NCBI RefSeq assembly: GCF_003367075.2
Contig: NZ_CP065936.1
Coordinates: 750,001 to 782,000, forward strand
Origin: Cylindrospermopsis raciborskii Cr2010
Lineage (GTDB): Bacteria; Cyanobacteriota; Cyanobacteriia; Cyanobacteriales; Nostocaceae
Reading direction: 5' to 3'
DNA length: 32,000 nt
Of the stretch, positions 28,662 to 32,000 are shown in pieces; the stretch's first letter is position 1; each line of letters begins with the position of its first letter. The position numbers and the translations under genes are program-made. The notes beneath the pieces are model-generated. The model was not told the DNA's origin and ran no database searches. It was given only the letters and a program-made list of their open reading frames with translations.

Positions 28662-30389
28662 CTAAGCTGGATAAATCCTCAACCTCCTATTTGGTTCTTC
28701 CCCAAAACTATGGGACTTCAATCGATAATGCTCCACTAACTCATGCTGCATCTTACGCACATGGGCAGAACGAGGTAACAACTCTACTGGTTGACCTTTA
28801 GGAATGACAATTTGTTCAACTGCTAATCTCGCCTCCTCTAAAGCGTCAATTTCATCATCACTACCCTCATGCAATAGTAGTTGTAATTCACAATCCTCTC
28901 CCAAATCCAGATCATCCATATTCAATAATCTTCTCAACCCACGACTAATTTGGGGAATAGCACTGGATTTAATCACATGTATGGGTAAATGACGAGACTT
29001 AGCTAATTGCCTGAGTTTTACCTGATTTTTAACATGGGAGCGCAAAGCTAAAATTGCATCCGCTCCATCAATATCCTTTGTTAAAGCAACAGGTAACTTC
29101 AACACCTCAATTACATGTTCCAACTGATGACGACTCACTCCATAAGGATAAACATGCAAAGGTAAATCTTCCCCATTTGGACCTGCTGATCTAATTTTGC
29201 CTAGGTTAAAACTGTCACCCTGGTGAAAAGACTCATCCAACAACCGGTCAAACTCACTGGATGTTCCCCGTTCTCTCTCCGGAGACAAAGGGGGTAAAGC
29301 TACCATATGACCAGAAGCACGCCAACCATTTACCTGTTTGATGGGTAAAGACTCTTCTTCACTTGCTAAACCACTTCCATAACCATTCACCAGTGTTAAT
29401 GGTCGAGCAATGGAAACTTTCCCCTGTTCGTCCACCGTTCGCGTTTGAGGATTGGGTTGGCGTCCTCTTAATAAAGCATCAACCGTATCAGCCACGCTTT
29501 CGTGTACCACCCAACGCTCCCGCTCTAACATTTCCACAGCAATTTCAAAGGTAGGGGGCGCTTTCCTTTCCAGTACGGTTTTTTGGGATCTACGTCTTCT
29601 AGCTTCGTCATCTCCTAGAGTTACTGCTTGAATACCACCCACCAAATCCGAAAGAGTCGGGTTTTTAATTAGGTTCTCAATTTGATTTCCGTGAGCAGTA
29701 CCCACTAATTGTACCCCTCTCTCCGCAATTGTCCGTGATGCTAGAGCCTCCAACTCCGTACCAATCTCATCTATAATTATCACCTCTGGCATGTGGTTTT
29801 CCACAGCCTCAATCATTACCTGATGTTGTAATTCCGGTCTAGCTACCTGCATTCTTCGAGCGCGACCAATGGCTGGATGGGCTATGTCACCATCTCCAGC
29901 AATTTCATTGGAAGTGTCAATAATAATTACTCTCTTATGCAGATCATCGGCTAATACACGGGCAATTTCCCGCAAAGCTGTTGTTTTACCAACCCCTGGA
30001 CGACCTAGCATGAGGATTGATTTACCCGTTTCTACTAAATCTCGGATCATCCCAATAGTACCAAATATGGCTCGACCTACACGGCAAGTTAAGCCAATAA
30101 TTTTACCATTGCGGTTGCGTATGGCACTGATACGATGTAAAGTTTGCTCGATACCAGCTCGATTATCTCCGCCAAAATTTCCTACTCGTTGAATACAATC
30201 ATCTATTTGGGACTGGGTAACGGGGGACTGACTTAAATACTCAGCAGTACCCGGAAACCGAGCTTCTGGGAGACGCCCTAAATCCAACACCACTTCTACT
30301 AAATTATCCCTTTGGGGATGATCTTGCAGCTGTTTTTCCAGGTCTTGGGGTAAAATTTCCAGTAACTTTTGCAGGTCTGTAATCGTCAT
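28662..30389 (-). CDS. R3H-domain AAA ATPase, Ycf45 / SpoIIIAA-like
   Basis: GRPGVGKTTALREIARVLADDLHKRVIIIDTSNEIAGDGD...IGRARRMQV, TMIEAVENHMPEVIIIDEIGTELEA-type core and basic C-terminal EPNRRLRIYP. MTITDLQKLLEIL at 30389 is the likely start. Confidence 0.9.
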   Translation of the reverse strand: MTITDLQKLLEILPQDLEKQLQDHPQRDNLVEVVLDLGRLPEARFPGTAEYLSQSPVTQSQIDDCIQRVGNFGGDNRAGIEQTLHRISAIRNRNGKIIGLTCRVGRAIFGTIGMIRDLVETGKSILMLGRPGVGKTTALREIARVLADDLHKRVIIIDTSNEIAGDGDIAHPAIGRARRMQVARPELQHQVMIEAVENHMPEVIIIDEIGTELEALASRTIAERGVQLVGTAHGNQIENLIKNPTLSDLVGGIQAVTLGDDEARRRRSQKTVLERKAPPTFEIAVEMLERERWVVHESVADTVDALLRGRQPNPQTRTVDEQGKVSIARPLTLVNGYGSGLASEEESLPIKQVNGWRASGHMVALPPLSPERERGTSSEFDRLLDESFHQGDSFNLGKIRSAGPNGEDLPLHVYPYGVSRHQLEHVIEVLKLPVALTKDIDGADAILALRSHVKNQVKLRQLAKSRHLPIHVIKSSAIPQISRGLRRLLNMDDLDLGEDCELQLLLHEGSDDEIDALEEARLAVEQIVIPKGQPVELLPRSAHVRKMQHELVEHYRLKSHSFGEEPNRRLRIYPA

Positions 30390-30432
30390 GCTTTCTATGG
30401 TGGTGACGTTTTTAGAGATAACAAATGAGCTA

Positions 30433-31554
30433 TTAGAGATCTGACTGTGACTTGATTTGAGATACCAGAGAGCTGGCAAGTTTTACTGCTTGCCAGAGCA
30501 GTTCTGGTTCATCCTCTAGCCGTTGACTTTTTCTTAGACTGGTGTTTACCTCCCAACTTTCTAACTGGTCAATCACTGGTGACAGCAATACCCGGGCATA
30601 GCTTCCATAAGCAACACCCGCAAGTTGACCCGGGGAATTCTCTAATTTTCCATTCCCTAATATCCCCAGGGTCTTTAATTTGGAAGCGGTATAGTTATTA
30701 GTACCGCCTGCCAACTGCACATGTCCCGGTAAGTTTGCTGCTAAAACTTTTTGTCCTAATTTTATCGCAGCTATGGTAGTACCATCCCCTATATCCCCAC
30801 TCATAGATCTGCCATCTGTCTGCCAAATTAAAACTTGTGGAAGAGGTACTATCAGATTATAAACTGATTTTAAGTAGTCAATTAAACCCTCTCCATCATT
30901 GCAACTGATGGCTAATAACTTTAATTTATTTGCCCAGGGGGCTATTTTCGACCACAAGTCCTCAAACTCTGGCAAACGTCCCACTTTTGTATGAATTTCA
31001 ATGGCATCTATTCCCGTGGACATGATCAAGGGTAGAATTGCTCCTAGAGGTGATAAATGAGAGACTGTGTCAATTATCCCATAAGGACAAATGGGGACAC
31101 AACGTCCACACCCGTAACATTTTTCTGCAATAATTCCTGAAGAACTATCTTTTTGATTGTTAATTTGACTATTAAATACTATAGCCTGAGCAGGACATAT
31201 TTTCTCACAAGGTTTGGAACAATTGTCTGGACAGTCTCTGGGATTGAATTTAGCTTTTCTAAAGTGTGGATCTTCACCGTCGTTGAGACTAACCATTAAT
31301 AAGGGTAAGTTCCCTTGCCAGTTAAATCCTTTTGCTTGTGTTTCTTTTACAAGGGTTTTAGCAACTGAAAAGGCCTGTTTAACCACATCAATTACAGCCG
31401 GATCAGCAGCAACATCTATACAGTCTGCACCTGCTAGGGTGTAAGCCAAGGTTAAACTCCTAACTGATGGTAAATGTTGGAAACTGGCACCACAAATCAG
31501 TTTGAACCAGTTACTTTGTCTAAGGGATCGTAAGGGGGCTAATAGTTCGTTCAT
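30433..31554 (-). CDS. ldpA: Light-dependent period protein LdpA (Fe-S, circadian input)
   Basis: MNELLAPLRSLRQSNWFKLICGASFQHLPSVRSLTLAYTLAGADCIDVAADPAV and a ferredoxin-like CYGCGRCVPICPYGII cluster. Tool extends to 31620 (overlapping lepB). Confidence 0.93.
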   Translation of the reverse strand: MNELLAPLRSLRQSNWFKLICGASFQHLPSVRSLTLAYTLAGADCIDVAADPAVIDVVKQAFSVAKTLVKETQAKGFNWQGNLPLLMVSLNDGEDPHFRKAKFNPRDCPDNCSKPCEKICPAQAIVFNSQINNQKDSSSGIIAEKCYGCGRCVPICPYGIIDTVSHLSPLGAILPLIMSTGIDAIEIHTKVGRLPEFEDLWSKIAPWANKLKLLAISCNDGEGLIDYLKSVYNLIVPLPQVLIWQTDGRSMSGDIGDGTTIAAIKLGQKVLAANLPGHVQLAGGTNNYTASKLKTLGILGNGKLENSPGQLAGVAYGSYARVLLSPVIDQLESWEVNTSLRKSQRLEDEPELLWQAVKLASSLVSQIKSQSDL

Positions 31555-31576
31555 TCGAGCCAGGGTGAGAAACTGG

Positions 31577-32000
31577 TCATTCTTGGGTCGGGTATAGGGG
31601 AGGTGAGTCAATGCCACCAATCTTGTTCAAAGGCCAGAAACGAATTACGGCACGTCCAATAATTTTTTCTCTTGGCACAAGTCCCCAACAACGTCCATCA
31701 TAACTGCTGGGACGATTATCACCTAAAACTAAATAGGAGTTGGGTGGTATGGTTTGTGGTTGGGATAAGAAGGGACGCTGCGAAGTGGTTGTACACACAT
31801 CAATACCTGTGCGCACGGTGGGAAATAAATATTTTTCTTCGGCCAGAGATTTATTGTTAATATAGACTTTGCCATTCTTTAATTCTACCCTTTCACCCGG
31901 TAGACCAATAATGCGCTTGATGAAGGCATCATGGAATTGTTCCTTTTGTAGTTCATCTGTGGGGGAAAATACAACAATATCCCCCCGTTCAGGAGGAGAA
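31577..32000 (-). CDS. lepB: Signal peptidase I (partial, continues past the right edge)
   Basis: Reading the same frame to the edge gives PPERGDIVVFSPTDELQKEQFHDAFIKRIIGLPGERVELKNGKVYINNKSL...NSYLVLGDNRPSSYDGRCWGLVPREKIIGRAVIRFWP. The listed 79-aa ORF is only its end. Confidence 0.95.
   Translation of the reverse strand, partial: SPPERGDIVVFSPTDELQKEQFHDAFIKRIIGLPGERVELKNGKVYINNKSLAEEKYLFPTVRTGIDVCTTTSQRPFLSQPQTIPPNSYLVLGDNRPSSYDGRCWGLVPREKIIGRAVIRFWPLNKIGGIDSPPLYPTQE

Noticed and set aside
28804-30192. Plus-strand ORFs antisense to the ycf45-like gene
   Set aside because: Shadow ORFs opposite a conserved ATPase.

Overview
This window is cyanobacterial chromosome. The AT-rich base composition, HIP1-type GCGATCGC octamers, D1/psbA, LdpA and Ycf45-like proteins all fit, and gene content suggests a filamentous Nostocales genome such as Raphidiopsis/Cylindrospermopsis (inference). 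Contents left to right: a GH116 glucosylceramidase-like enzyme divergent from a fatty-acid hydroxylase; ppc; an SGNH/DUF1574-like plus MBOAT O-acyltransferase pair; a lone AbiEii-like nucleotidyltransferase; a 5'-truncated psbA joined to an apparent transposase scrap; a Uma2-family protein with a partial duplicate; a cbiMNQO cobalt transporter whose cbiQ is interrupted by one in-frame amber codon; a P-loop NTPase with a short partner protein; a C-P lyase operon (phnH, GNAT, HD-domain PhnZ-like, phnG, phnI, phnJ, phnK, phnL, phnM) divergent from a phnF-type GntR regulator; an unannotated decayed AAA-ATPase fragment; ycf45-like, ldpA and lepB. I do not see a clearly new system. The best leads are: the phnF/phnH intergenic operator array (tandem TCTAGACA plus Pho-box-like repeats); the phn operon's embedded GNAT and HD oxygenase genes; the cbiQ amber codon; the chimeric psbA remnant; and several gene fragments and dispersed hairpin repeats missed by the ORF track.
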